From the NCBI GenBank assembly GCA_965370805.1, contig CBDUVZ010000002.1, positions 706 through 64,705 of the forward strand: a stretch of DNA of 64,000 nt, in the 5' to 3' direction. Positions 9,174-18,121 of the stretch are shown one piece after another. Numbering within the stretch: position 1 is the stretch's first letter; the number at the start of each line of letters is the position of its first letter. The translations under genes and the position numbers were made by a program. The notes below the pieces were generated by a model. That model had not been told where the DNA came from. It made no database searches and was given only the letters and a program-made list of their open reading frames with translations. This DNA comes from an uncultured bacterium. Its GTDB lineage: Bacteria; Hydrothermota; Tepidihabitantia; Tepidihabitantales; Tepidihabitantaceae.

Positions 9174-10512
9174 TGTTCCCTCCGCGTTCTGCACTCTGCA
9201 ATCTGCCTTCTGACTTCTCCTCGTGTTCGGGCTTCCTGACCAGCACGGAAGCAATACCGGTTGCCAGTCCCAGGAAAAGCAGGAATCCCCGGTCTCGGAA
9301 GAGCGTGCCGTGACACATCTTGACCACGCTGGCGAGTATGAACGCCAGCACCAGCGATTGAACCAGTCCGGCGCTTCCGCCCGCGCGAGTCAACCTGGCT
9401 GCAGGCAATCGCTTCAACTGGCCGGACGCCGCCCGTGCCAGCAGCCAGCAGAAACCCAGCAGGCCGAGCACCCCGGTTTCCACCAGCAATGCCAGCAGTC
9501 CGTTGTGGATTTCGTACGTCCCGGTGTAGTCAAGCATGTATCCGAGTCCGGGGCCGAGGCCGAGCGGGAACCATTCGGCAATTCGCTCCATCACCGACTG
9601 GAACTGTAGGTGGGTGAACGACCCCCCGCTGCCGACCAGTGCCATGCCGTCAGCAAGCCGGCGGCCGAACACCGATTCGACCAACTGCTCCCCGAAGGCC
9701 CCGATGAGCCCGACCGCGGTCAGACTTAGAACCAGCAGAACCGCATACCCGCGACCGCGACCGCGCAGGAACCCGATGAGCAGTGACGCCAGGACCCAGC
9801 AGCCAATGGCGATTGTCCCGCCCCGCTTGCCCGCGGCAACAACGAAGAACATGCCCGCCATCCCGGCCAGTATGATAAACAGCCGGGACCAGCGGCCCCG
9901 GAAAACGACCCATCCCAGCGCCAGCAGCAGCCCGACTGTGGAGAAACCGTAACTCGCAAGCTGGCCGGTAGCGCGGAACGTACCCCGCACCAGCCATCCT
10001 GCCTGGGCCGCAAACCAGTGCGTACCGGAGAAGAAATCGTGGGCGACAATCACCAGTTGCCAGCACACCCCGACCGCAATCCCTGCCACGAGCATTCTGG
10101 TCAGGGCCGGTGACCGGCTGACATTGTACCCGAACACGAAATAGAGGAACGCCACAATCATCGCCGAAGATGCCGTGACTACCGACATGCCGCCGCCGCT
10201 CACAACCACGCCGACTGCGGCCGAGAACAGAATGGCGAACAGGTAGACAAATCCGGACAAATGGAGCCTGAACTTGGATGAAACCGCCAGACCGACGATA
10301 CCCATCACTACTATCACGTCAACCGGTGCGATACGCTGCAACAGAGAAACGGTCTCCTCCGCGCCGGTGAATGTCCGGCTCAGACTGATAAGTGGCAGCG
10401 CCGCACCGACCAGAAGCATCAGACCCCGCTGCCACTTCGCCGGCGTGTGTTCCGTGTGAACCCGCGGCACGGCAGTATTGCCGGGAAGAAGGACACCAGT
10501 GTCTGCCATCAT
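9151..10512 (-). CDS. O-antigen ligase / polymerase-like membrane protein (Wzy_C/WaaL family)
   Basis: Polytopic membrane protein with the Wzy_C-type loop YEIHNGLLALLVETGVLGLLGF. Confidence 0.7.
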   Translation of the reverse strand: MMADTGVLLPGNTAVPRVHTEHTPAKWQRGLMLLVGAALPLISLSRTFTGAEETVSLLQRIAPVDVIVVMGIVGLAVSSKFRLHLSGFVYLFAILFSAAVGVVVSGGGMSVVTASSAMIVAFLYFVFGYNVSRSPALTRMLVAGIAVGVCWQLVIVAHDFFSGTHWFAAQAGWLVRGTFRATGQLASYGFSTVGLLLALGWVVFRGRWSRLFIILAGMAGMFFVVAAGKRGGTIAIGCWVLASLLIGFLRGRGRGYAVLLVLSLTAVGLIGAFGEQLVESVFGRRLADGMALVGSGGSFTHLQFQSVMERIAEWFPLGLGPGLGYMLDYTGTYEIHNGLLALLVETGVLGLLGFCWLLARAASGQLKRLPAARLTRAGGSAGLVQSLVLAFILASVVKMCHGTLFRDRGFLLFLGLATGIASVLVRKPEHEEKSEGRLQSAERGGNSDTPVRG

Positions 10513-11861
10513 CCGGACAACCCCTGGTTCAGGGCTTCGGGACTCCGGCCCCCGCTCACTTCAGCCGCCCGGCATCGCAGTCTCCTCATCGCGTGGGCGA
10601 CAATGCCCAGGCTGCAGAAAGCGGTCAGGCAATTCGCAATAGCCACCGCCCCGACCGCACCCGCCAGCCCGTGGCCCGGAACAAACAGCAGGCACCCGAC
10701 TGCCGTGCTGCCCAGGGCCAGCGCCACCAGCGGCAACTGGATCCGAATGTAGCGGACCGCGGTTATCACATCAGCCATCAGCGTACTGACATAGAAGAAC
10801 AGCGCCGCTACCATGGCGAACACGAAAACGCCGGTATACGCGGCGTACTCGGCCCGGTACAGGATAGTCAGCATCTGCCGGCCGCCGACCCAGGCCAGGA
10901 CAATGGCAACCACTCCCAGCAGCACGCCGACGCCCACCAGGCGCAGCACCAGCCGGCGGAACCCGCGGGCATTGCCGCTCCAGTAGTACCGGGCGATTCG
11001 CGGTATGGCCGACTGGCCCACAGCCCGCATCACCGTCGACCCGGCTACCTGAAGGTAGGTTATCGCTGCGAAGATACCCAGCGCCCCTTCACCCAGGTGC
11101 CGCTCGACGAAGTACCTCGGGGTGTTGACGGTCAGTGATATCAGCGTCATCACGAACCCGAGCGGCAGCGCCAGCCAGGCCAGACTCCTCAGCTTCTGCC
11201 AGCGCCAGGCAGGCTTGATTGCGGACAGCAGGCTTCTGCCTTCCGACCTGAGCACCACGGCGGTACGGGGAATGTCGAAACAGACCAGTATCAGGGCCCA
11301 GACCGCTGCCAGCCCGATTACGCCCCACAGGAGGCTGCCGGTCAGGTAGAAACAGACCGCGAGCAGCAGGAGTGAAAGCGGCCCCTTGACCATCATCGAT
11401 ACGGCGATGCGGTCCATCCGTTCCCGCTGCTGCAGAAGCCCGTAGAACACGTCGCTGACCGACTCGAACACCTTGGCGAATCCCACAATCAGAATCACCA
11501 GCATCGCCTCGCCCCGATACCCGGATACCAGCACGACACCGACCACTGCCAGCAGGGACAGCGCCGCGGTTATCAGCCGCAGACCGAGGTAGTCGCTGAA
11601 AGCGTATTCCCGCCTGGCGTCGGTTGCCTGGACAACCCGAAGTTGGAGATTGGCGAACATTATTACCGGTGCGGTAACGGCCAGCCCGAGTGCAAATCGG
11701 CCCACCGTTTCGGACGAACCCAGCTTGGCCAGCACCACCAGCATGCCCCACTGGGATGCGGCGTAAATCACGTTCCCGACCAGTGTCCAGGCGAAATTGT
11801 GCCTGAGGCTCAACGGCCCGCCGCGTCCGGACGGCAGATTCTGCATCCCCCGGTTACTCAT
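10509..11861 (-). CDS. wzx: Polysaccharide flippase (Wzx, MOP superfamily)
   Basis: About 12 predicted TM segments with typical Wzx architecture. 4-nt overlap with the downstream gene. Confidence 0.8.
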   Translation of the reverse strand: MSNRGMQNLPSGRGGPLSLRHNFAWTLVGNVIYAASQWGMLVVLAKLGSSETVGRFALGLAVTAPVIMFANLQLRVVQATDARREYAFSDYLGLRLITAALSLLAVVGVVLVSGYRGEAMLVILIVGFAKVFESVSDVFYGLLQQRERMDRIAVSMMVKGPLSLLLLAVCFYLTGSLLWGVIGLAAVWALILVCFDIPRTAVVLRSEGRSLLSAIKPAWRWQKLRSLAWLALPLGFVMTLISLTVNTPRYFVERHLGEGALGIFAAITYLQVAGSTVMRAVGQSAIPRIARYYWSGNARGFRRLVLRLVGVGVLLGVVAIVLAWVGGRQMLTILYRAEYAAYTGVFVFAMVAALFFYVSTLMADVITAVRYIRIQLPLVALALGSTAVGCLLFVPGHGLAGAVGAVAIANCLTAFCSLGIVAHAMRRLRCRAAEVSGGRSPEALNQGLSG

Positions 11862-11906
11862 CGACTACGGACCGACCCTTGAAACGGCTTTTGTTATCAT
11901 TCCCGT

Positions 11907-12848
11907 TTATGCTCCTCGCTCAACCAGCAGGCTCAGGCCTTCGGGAAACGAAAGCAACTGCTTGAGCCCGACCTTGCCGGTCAACACCTTGATGCTTGCC
12001 AGTGAGTGCTTTACGTCTCCCGGCCTCGGCGGGTCGAAGATTGGCTCGATGCTCCGGTCCAGCAGCCGGCACAACTCGCTGACCAGGAACTTCAGGGTGT
12101 AGCGCTTGCCCACACCCACGTTGCTCACCAGGAACCCATCAATCTGTGCAGTGCATGCCGCCAGGTTGGCGGCCACCACGTTCGCGACCGGCGTGAAATC
12201 CCGCGACTGTTCGCCGTCACCGTATACTACCGGCTGCCGCCGGTCCCGGATTGCGGTCAGGAACTTCGGAATGACCGCCGCGTACTGGCTCGCCGGGTTC
12301 TGCCGCGGGCCGAACACGTTGAAGTACCGCAGGGCGACCGCTTCCAAGCCATACACCTGGCTGAACACCCGCGCGTAATGCTCACAGGTCAACTTGGACA
12401 CCGCATATGGTGATTTCGGGTTCGGAGTCATCTCCTCGTGTTTGGGCAGGGTCTCCGAGTCACCGTAGATCGAAGAAGAGGAAGCCAGCACCACCCGCCG
12501 AGCCCCGCACTCAATCGCGGCCTTGAGCACATTCAGGGTCCCGGTGATGTTCGCTTCATGGGTAGCGAACGGATCGGCAATCGAGCGCGGCACCGACGGC
12601 AACGCCGCTTGGTGAAGCACGTAATCCACGTCCCGGCACGCGGACATGACCGTAAACGGGTTCCGGATGTCTCCTTCAATCAGGTCGATGTCTTTGAGAA
12701 ACGGCTCGACATTGGACCGTCGGCCGGTAGAGAAGTTATCCAGAACCCGGATGTCCTGCTTCCTGCCGACCAGTTCCTCAACGATGTTCGAGCCGATGAA
12801 TCCGGCTCCCCCGGTAACCAGGTATCGCACGATGCTTCCTCCTCCCAC
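11907..12848 (-). CDS. NAD-dependent nucleotide-sugar epimerase/dehydratase (SDR, UDP-sugar 4-epimerase-like)
   Basis: VTGGAGFIGS Rossmann motif and YAVSK catalytic motif. Confidence 0.85.
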   Translation of the reverse strand: MGGGSIVRYLVTGGAGFIGSNIVEELVGRKQDIRVLDNFSTGRRSNVEPFLKDIDLIEGDIRNPFTVMSACRDVDYVLHQAALPSVPRSIADPFATHEANITGTLNVLKAAIECGARRVVLASSSSIYGDSETLPKHEEMTPNPKSPYAVSKLTCEHYARVFSQVYGLEAVALRYFNVFGPRQNPASQYAAVIPKFLTAIRDRRQPVVYGDGEQSRDFTPVANVVAANLAACTAQIDGFLVSNVGVGKRYTLKFLVSELCRLLDRSIEPIFDPPRPGDVKHSLASIKVLTGKVGLKQLLSFPEGLSLLVERGA

Positions 12849-13046
12849 TGCTCCGCGAGTCGTCCCTTAGGCCGACTCAGTTATCGGTCTGCTGAGGCAT
12901 AGTCCTCAGTTTTCCATCTCACTTGTCGCATCGCAGATACTGACCGAACGGACCCTCTTGCCGCAAGACTGACGCACTGGATTATATCGACAACGCCCGC
13001 CAATGTCAAACAGTTATGGAGGAAATCCGCCTCCGGGGGTGCGACA

Positions 13047-13080
13047 GCGGAAATGCCGAAGTGCGGATTCGGAAATCGAC
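13047..13080. repeat. Heptanucleotide REP-like element, copy C
   Basis: gcggaaatgccgaagtgcggattcggaaatcgac, in the divergent intergenic region. Confidence 0.55.
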
Positions 13081-13105
13081 CTCGCGGGGAAACACAAATA
13101 CGCAA

Positions 13106-13134
13106 TTGACAGTGCACGCTGAATTGTGTAATAT
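13106..13134 (+). promoter_or_regulatory. Sigma70-type promoter TTGACA-17-TAATAT with extended -10 (TGTG) for the giant T9SS gene
   Basis: Consensus hexamers and spacing read directly. TSS predicted ~13141, giving a ~120-nt leader before AAGGAGG-ATG at 13262. Confidence 0.55.
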
Positions 13135-13261
13135 CCTCTAGCTTGGGCTCTTGGGTTCGGTCCCAGCATCATATCGTTACATCTGTCGAGAAGCGATGGT
13201 ACCCGGCTTCCGGGTTCAAGCTTCTGGGGCGCAGGATGACACTGAAAAGAAGGAGGTCTGC

Positions 13262-16200
13262 ATGTTCATACGAACGCTGCTCACCGGCTGCCTGGTCATT
13301 ACGTTGGCTGGGGCCGTTTCCGTCGAGGCGCCATTCGTCGAAGTCCCTGGTCGTATTATGCCCGATGGCGGCGGTGGGCCGGATGCGTGGGGCTACACCT
13401 GGCTGGACAGCGACACAAGTTGTCCGGGCGCACCGGTCTACAACTGGATCGATATCACCCGGTTGCCGGGAGTCATCCACTGCTCCACACTGGTGGATGA
13501 CAATGTTGCCGGTCCGCTCTCGATGGGGATTGAGTTTCCTCTCTACTGGCATACCTACTCCAATTTCTACCTCGGTTCAAACGGCTACATCTCATTTGAC
13601 GACGACTACAACGCATCGCATCCTTTTCGAGATATCCCCAATGTACTGCACCCCAACAATGTAATCGCCCCGCTGCTGTCCGACCTCAATCCTGGGAATC
13701 TGCCGGCGCGCAAGGGTTACTTCTACTGGCACAACGACACCCGGGATACGTTCATCATCCAGTGCGAAAGCGTTCCGTTCTGGGGCGTGCCTACGAGCAA
13801 CAACACATTTCAGATTATCCTGTCCCAGTCCGACAGCACTATCACCTACCAGTACAAAGAGCAGACCGGGGCGCCTTACCTCGGTTGGACTCCGGGGAAC
13901 GCCACCGTCGGGATTGAGAATATCGTCGGGCTGGTCGGGCTCCGTTACCTCTACGGCAACACGCCGTCACAGAATGACATCCATCCCGGGCTGGCGATTC
14001 GGTTCACGCCGCCGGCCACGACGAGTCACCGATTCCACGACATGATGGTCAAATGGGCGATGAACTCGAAATCCGGGGGGATGTTCCTCCATGACGCCCC
14101 GATTCAGCCGGCCAGTATCAGGGCCTGCTTCCTGAATGCCGGCAACCAGATTGCCTACGACGATTCGATGTTCGCCGAGATCCGGGACCTGGGGGGCACT
14201 CTGGTGTTCGCGGAGTCGGCCTGGACCGAGGAAATGCGGGTCGGCGAGCAAGTCATCCATACCTTCGGTGACTGGACGCCGCCGGACACCGGGTTCTACA
14301 TCCTGAAGGTCAAGTCGCGAATGGTAGGAGACGAATGGGCCGGGGACGACTCCGTGCTCGTCGAGATCCACGTTGTCAACTACACCTTCCCGACCACACT
14401 CTACTACGATGCGGACCGCACCGGTTCGGTCAGCCTGTCCGGGCCTCACGGGTTCGGGACCAAGTTCATTCCGCCCCGCTTCCCGGTCCGTATCGACGAG
14501 CTCTACTACTACTTCACGAGTGCCGGAGCCCAGTGCACTGTCTACGTCTATGACGACGACGGGCCCAACGGCGCGCCCGGGACCGTACTCCTCGACTCGG
14601 TCATTACCACGGTCGCCGGTTGGAACTCAGTCGACATCCAGGCCTGCAGCGTCAACGTCCAGTCCGGCGGCTTCTACGTCTGCTACATGACAAACACCGC
14701 CGGCAACCCCCGCATCGGACTCGACAACACGCTCCCGCACGCCCGGCGCAGTCTCGAGTTCACCGGCCGCTGGGCGGAATTCCGGTGGAATGAAACCCAG
14801 GACTTCCTGATTCGAGCCAAAGTAGGCCAGGGTACGCCCACCCATGATATCGCGGTCACCGAGATGCTCCAGCCCTCCGGCAACCACGACTCCGGCGACG
14901 TTGTCATACCTATCGCCCGCATTCAGAACAACGGCATGTTCCACGAAAACGGGTTCAACGTCACCTTCACGATAACCGGCTCAGGCTACCAGCAGACACG
15001 CACCTGCTCCCTCAACCGCGGCACCTCGGACACCGTCGCCTTCCCCCCCTGGACCGCGATGCCCGGGTACGGCTACGTCCCCCGATGCTCCATCCACCTC
15101 GCCGCCGACGTCAACCCCGTCAACGACACCATCAGCGGCGCACCCTTTGACGTCTACGGCCGCGACGTCGGTACGGCCGCTATCCTCGCGCCCCGCGACA
15201 CTACCAACTACGGGGACGTTATCACCCCAGAGGCAGAAATACTCAACTACGGCAACAGCGCCGAAGACTTCCTCGTCCGCTTCAAGATACCCGGCGCAGG
15301 CTATCAAGACTCGGCCAACGTCCACCTCGGAGTCGGCGAAAGTGACACGGTTACCTTCGACACCTGGCTCGCGGACACGGTCGGAAATCCCCCCGCCATG
15401 ACCTGCTCCACCGAACTCGGCACCGACATGAACCCCGACAACGACCGTGCCACCGCCCCCCTCTTCATCCGCTACGCTGATGTCGGGGCCATCCAAATCC
15501 TCCAGCCCGTCGGCAGCTACGACACCCTCACCACAATCATCCCCTCCGCCCGGGTCACCAACGTCGGCAACGCGCCCGAGACCTTCAAGGCATTCCTCAC
15601 GGTCAACGACCCCACAGTCGATGCCCCTGTCTACTCCGAATCGCTCAATGTCCTACTCCACCCCGACGTCGATTCGACGGTGATCTTCCCGCCCACACGC
15701 TTCCACGTCATCGGCACCCATACGGCCAAATGCTCGGTCCATGTGGGATGGGAACAAGACTGGACCAACAACGTCATCGACAACGACTTCCAGATCATCC
15801 CCACCATCCCGCACAACGTCACCGCCCAACGCATCCTCGCCCCGACCGGGACGATCGACAGCGGCGCAGTAGTAACGCCAAGCGTTATCGTCCGCAACAC
15901 AGGACTCAGCACCGAAACCTTCGACGTCCACTTCACCATCGACCCCGGATACCACGACTCGGCAACCGTCTCCGCCCTCCCCCCCGCCACATCGGACACG
16001 GTAGAATTCGCGGACTGGACCGCCCAACCCCGCGACAGCACAACCGCCACCGCCTGGACCCTACTCATCGGCGACGAAATGCCGGAAGACGATACGACCA
16101 GCCTCCGGCTCCTCGTCCAGGTCCGCGACGTCGGGGTTGAGCAGGTCATCTCACCGGTGGGTACGCTGCCGGTGGATACCATCGTCTATCCCGAGTGCCG

Positions 16201-18058
16201 AGTCCGCAACTACGGCAACACGACCGAGACCTTCGACGTCGAATTCCGCATCGGCCACTACCTCGGCACGGCCACCGCGACCGCACTCGCACCCGGCAAC
16301 ACCCAAGACCTCGTGATGAGCCAGCCCTACACCACCCAAGTCGGCGTATGGCTCGACCGCGCCCGCACCACCCTCACCGGTGACATCAACCCCGCCAACG
16401 ACCTCGCACTCGACACCCTCTGGGTCCCCGGCCCCGTCACCCACGACGTCGGCGTCGACGAAATACTCGCCCCAGTCGGCACCGTCAACCCCGGCCAGAC
16501 CATCACCCCCAGCGCCCGCGTCGCCAACTACGGCGACCAGACCGAGACCTTCCGGGCTTACTTCGCAATCTACGACACGACCACCGACGCCCAAGTCTAC
16601 GACGAATCGCTCCACGTCACCCTCGCCCCAGTCACGGACACAACCCTCCCCTACCCCGACGTCAGCTTCACACTCCAAGGCCCCTACACCACCCACTGCT
16701 CCACCTACCTCCCCACCGACCAGAACCAACTCAACAACGTCAAAACCGGCCAATTCCACGTCAAACTCCAACTCCCCTGGGACCCCGGCTGGCACGAAGT
16801 CCAACCCATACCACTCCAGCCCAGCGGCAAACCAGTCAAACGCGGCGCTTGGGCCACCCACAACCACGGCGACGACCTCATCTACACCGCCAAAGGCTAC
16901 AAAACCACCGACTACTACTCCTACAACCCCCTCGCCAACACCTGGAATACCCTCACCGGCATGCCCTACCAACGCCACACCAACCCCAAATGGGCCAGAA
17001 AAGTCCCCCGCAAAGGCTCCAAAGGCGCAGCCGACGGCGACAACTACATCTACGTCACCCAAGGCAACAACACCCTCGGATTCTGGCGCTACGACATCGA
17101 CCTCGACTCCTGGACAACACTCCACGACATCCCCGCCGGACCCAACAACAAGAAAGTCAAAGGCGGCACCGACCTCGCCTACCTAGTCCGCGACGACGGC
17201 CAAGCCTACATCTACCTCCTCAAAGGCTACCGCACCGAATTCTACCGCTACCACATCACAGCCAACACCTGGCAAACCCTCGCCCCCGCCCCCACCGGCA
17301 AACGCGCCAAATGGGGCAGAGGCTCCTGGCTCATCGCCCAAAACCAAACCGCCACCACCCTCTACGCCCACAAAGCCAAATACAACGAACTCTGGTCCTA
17401 CGACGTCCCCGCCGACTCCTGGGACCAACAACTCACCGGCATGCCCTACGTCGGAATGCAAGGCCGCAAAAAGAAATCCAAAGACGGCGGCTCCGCCGAC
17501 TGGTACGACAGCGAAATCTACGCCCTCAAAGGCGGCAACACCAACGAATTCTGGAAGTACACCCCAACCACCGACACCTGGACCGAGCTCGATTCGATGC
17601 CGACGATGGGCTCCACCGGCAGGAAGAAACGAGTCAAGTACGGCGCTGACCTCGTCAACTACGCCGGCTACCCCGCGTTCTTCTCGCTCAAAGGCAACAA
17701 GACGCGCGAAATGTGGCGCTACTACTTCGGCTCGGCGGTGCTGGCTGTTCAGCCTCGCCCCGGTCGCGGCGGCGTCCTGGCCGAACCGTCATCGGGCATT
17801 CGGCAATCGTCATTCGACATTACCCCCAACCCGCTTGCGGGTGGATTCGCCACGCTGCGCTACAGCCTGCCCAGGGTCGGACACGCAACGGCGAGCATCT
17901 ACGACGCTACGGGTCGTGCCGTCACACAACAGACGGTACTTGCCGGTCGTACCGGGGCTGTCAATCTCGATCTGCGTTCGCTCAGCGCGGGAGTGTACCT
18001 GGTGCGGTTCGAAGCCGGCGGCTTCAGCACCACGAGAAAGCTTGTACTGCAGCGTTAG
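13262..18058 (+). CDS. Giant secreted T9SS cargo protein (~1598 aa): signal peptide, N-terminal choice-of-anchor/MAM-like domain, ~9 CARDB-like Ig repeats, 4 Lys-rich repeats, T9SS C-terminal sorting domain
   Basis: Start at ATG 13262 (MFIRTLLTGCLVITLAGA signal peptide) after AAGGAGG. Repeats of N[YH]G...ETF...F.I..GY.DSA.V.L..G.SDTV.F..W are CARDB-like. C-terminus ...GVYLVRFEAGGFSTTRKLVLQR is T9SS-CTD-like. Confidence 0.8.
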   Translation: MFIRTLLTGCLVITLAGAVSVEAPFVEVPGRIMPDGGGGPDAWGYTWLDSDTSCPGAPVYNWIDITRLPGVIHCSTLVDDNVAGPLSMGIEFPLYWHTYSNFYLGSNGYISFDDDYNASHPFRDIPNVLHPNNVIAPLLSDLNPGNLPARKGYFYWHNDTRDTFIIQCESVPFWGVPTSNNTFQIILSQSDSTITYQYKEQTGAPYLGWTPGNATVGIENIVGLVGLRYLYGNTPSQNDIHPGLAIRFTPPATTSHRFHDMMVKWAMNSKSGGMFLHDAPIQPASIRACFLNAGNQIAYDDSMFAEIRDLGGTLVFAESAWTEEMRVGEQVIHTFGDWTPPDTGFYILKVKSRMVGDEWAGDDSVLVEIHVVNYTFPTTLYYDADRTGSVSLSGPHGFGTKFIPPRFPVRIDELYYYFTSAGAQCTVYVYDDDGPNGAPGTVLLDSVITTVAGWNSVDIQACSVNVQSGGFYVCYMTNTAGNPRIGLDNTLPHARRSLEFTGRWAEFRWNETQDFLIRAKVGQGTPTHDIAVTEMLQPSGNHDSGDVVIPIARIQNNGMFHENGFNVTFTITGSGYQQTRTCSLNRGTSDTVAFPPWTAMPGYGYVPRCSIHLAADVNPVNDTISGAPFDVYGRDVGTAAILAPRDTTNYGDVITPEAEILNYGNSAEDFLVRFKIPGAGYQDSANVHLGVGESDTVTFDTWLADTVGNPPAMTCSTELGTDMNPDNDRATAPLFIRYADVGAIQILQPVGSYDTLTTIIPSARVTNVGNAPETFKAFLTVNDPTVDAPVYSESLNVLLHPDVDSTVIFPPTRFHVIGTHTAKCSVHVGWEQDWTNNVIDNDFQIIPTIPHNVTAQRILAPTGTIDSGAVVTPSVIVRNTGLSTETFDVHFTIDPGYHDSATVSALPPATSDTVEFADWTAQPRDSTTATAWTLLIGDEMPEDDTTSLRLLVQVRDVGVEQVISPVGTLPVDTIVYPECRVRNYGNTTETFDVEFRIGHYLGTATATALAPGNTQDLVMSQPYTTQVGVWLDRARTTLTGDINPANDLALDTLWVPGPVTHDVGVDEILAPVGTVNPGQTITPSARVANYGDQTETFRAYFAIYDTTTDAQVYDESLHVTLAPVTDTTLPYPDVSFTLQGPYTTHCSTYLPTDQNQLNNVKTGQFHVKLQLPWDPGWHEVQPIPLQPSGKPVKRGAWATHNHGDDLIYTAKGYKTTDYYSYNPLANTWNTLTGMPYQRHTNPKWARKVPRKGSKGAADGDNYIYVTQGNNTLGFWRYDIDLDSWTTLHDIPAGPNNKKVKGGTDLAYLVRDDGQAYIYLLKGYRTEFYRYHITANTWQTLAPAPTGKRAKWGRGSWLIAQNQTATTLYAHKAKYNELWSYDVPADSWDQQLTGMPYVGMQGRKKKSKDGGSADWYDSEIYALKGGNTNEFWKYTPTTDTWTELDSMPTMGSTGRKKRVKYGADLVNYAGYPAFFSLKGNKTREMWRYYFGSAVLAVQPRPGRGGVLAEPSSGIRQSSFDITPNPLAGGFATLRYSLPRVGHATASIYDATGRAVTQQTVLAGRTGAVNLDLRSLSAGVYLVRFEAGGFSTTRKLVLQR
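17788..17820. repeat. Heptanucleotide REP-like element, copy D, in frame inside the CDS at the CTD junction
   Basis: catcgggcattcggcaatcgtcattcgacatt encodes SSGIRQSSFDI immediately before the CTD start (TPNPLAGGF). Confidence 0.6.
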
Positions 18059-18073
18059 TCGCTGAGAACACTT

Positions 18074-18105
18074 GAGAAGGGACGGCAGTGATGCCGTCCC
18101 TTCTC
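18074..18105. terminator. Bidirectional hairpin terminator (14-bp perfect stem) between convergent genes
   Basis: gagaagggacggca-gtga-tgccgtcccttctc. No obvious U-tract, which is common in GC-rich genomes. Confidence 0.55.
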
Positions 18106-18121
18106 AGGAATGTGGCCGGAA

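Noticed and set aside
16151-17125. 324-aa minus ORF rich in G/V/D/E
   Set aside because: Antisense of the giant CARDB protein. Artefact of GC-rich repeats lacking stop codons.
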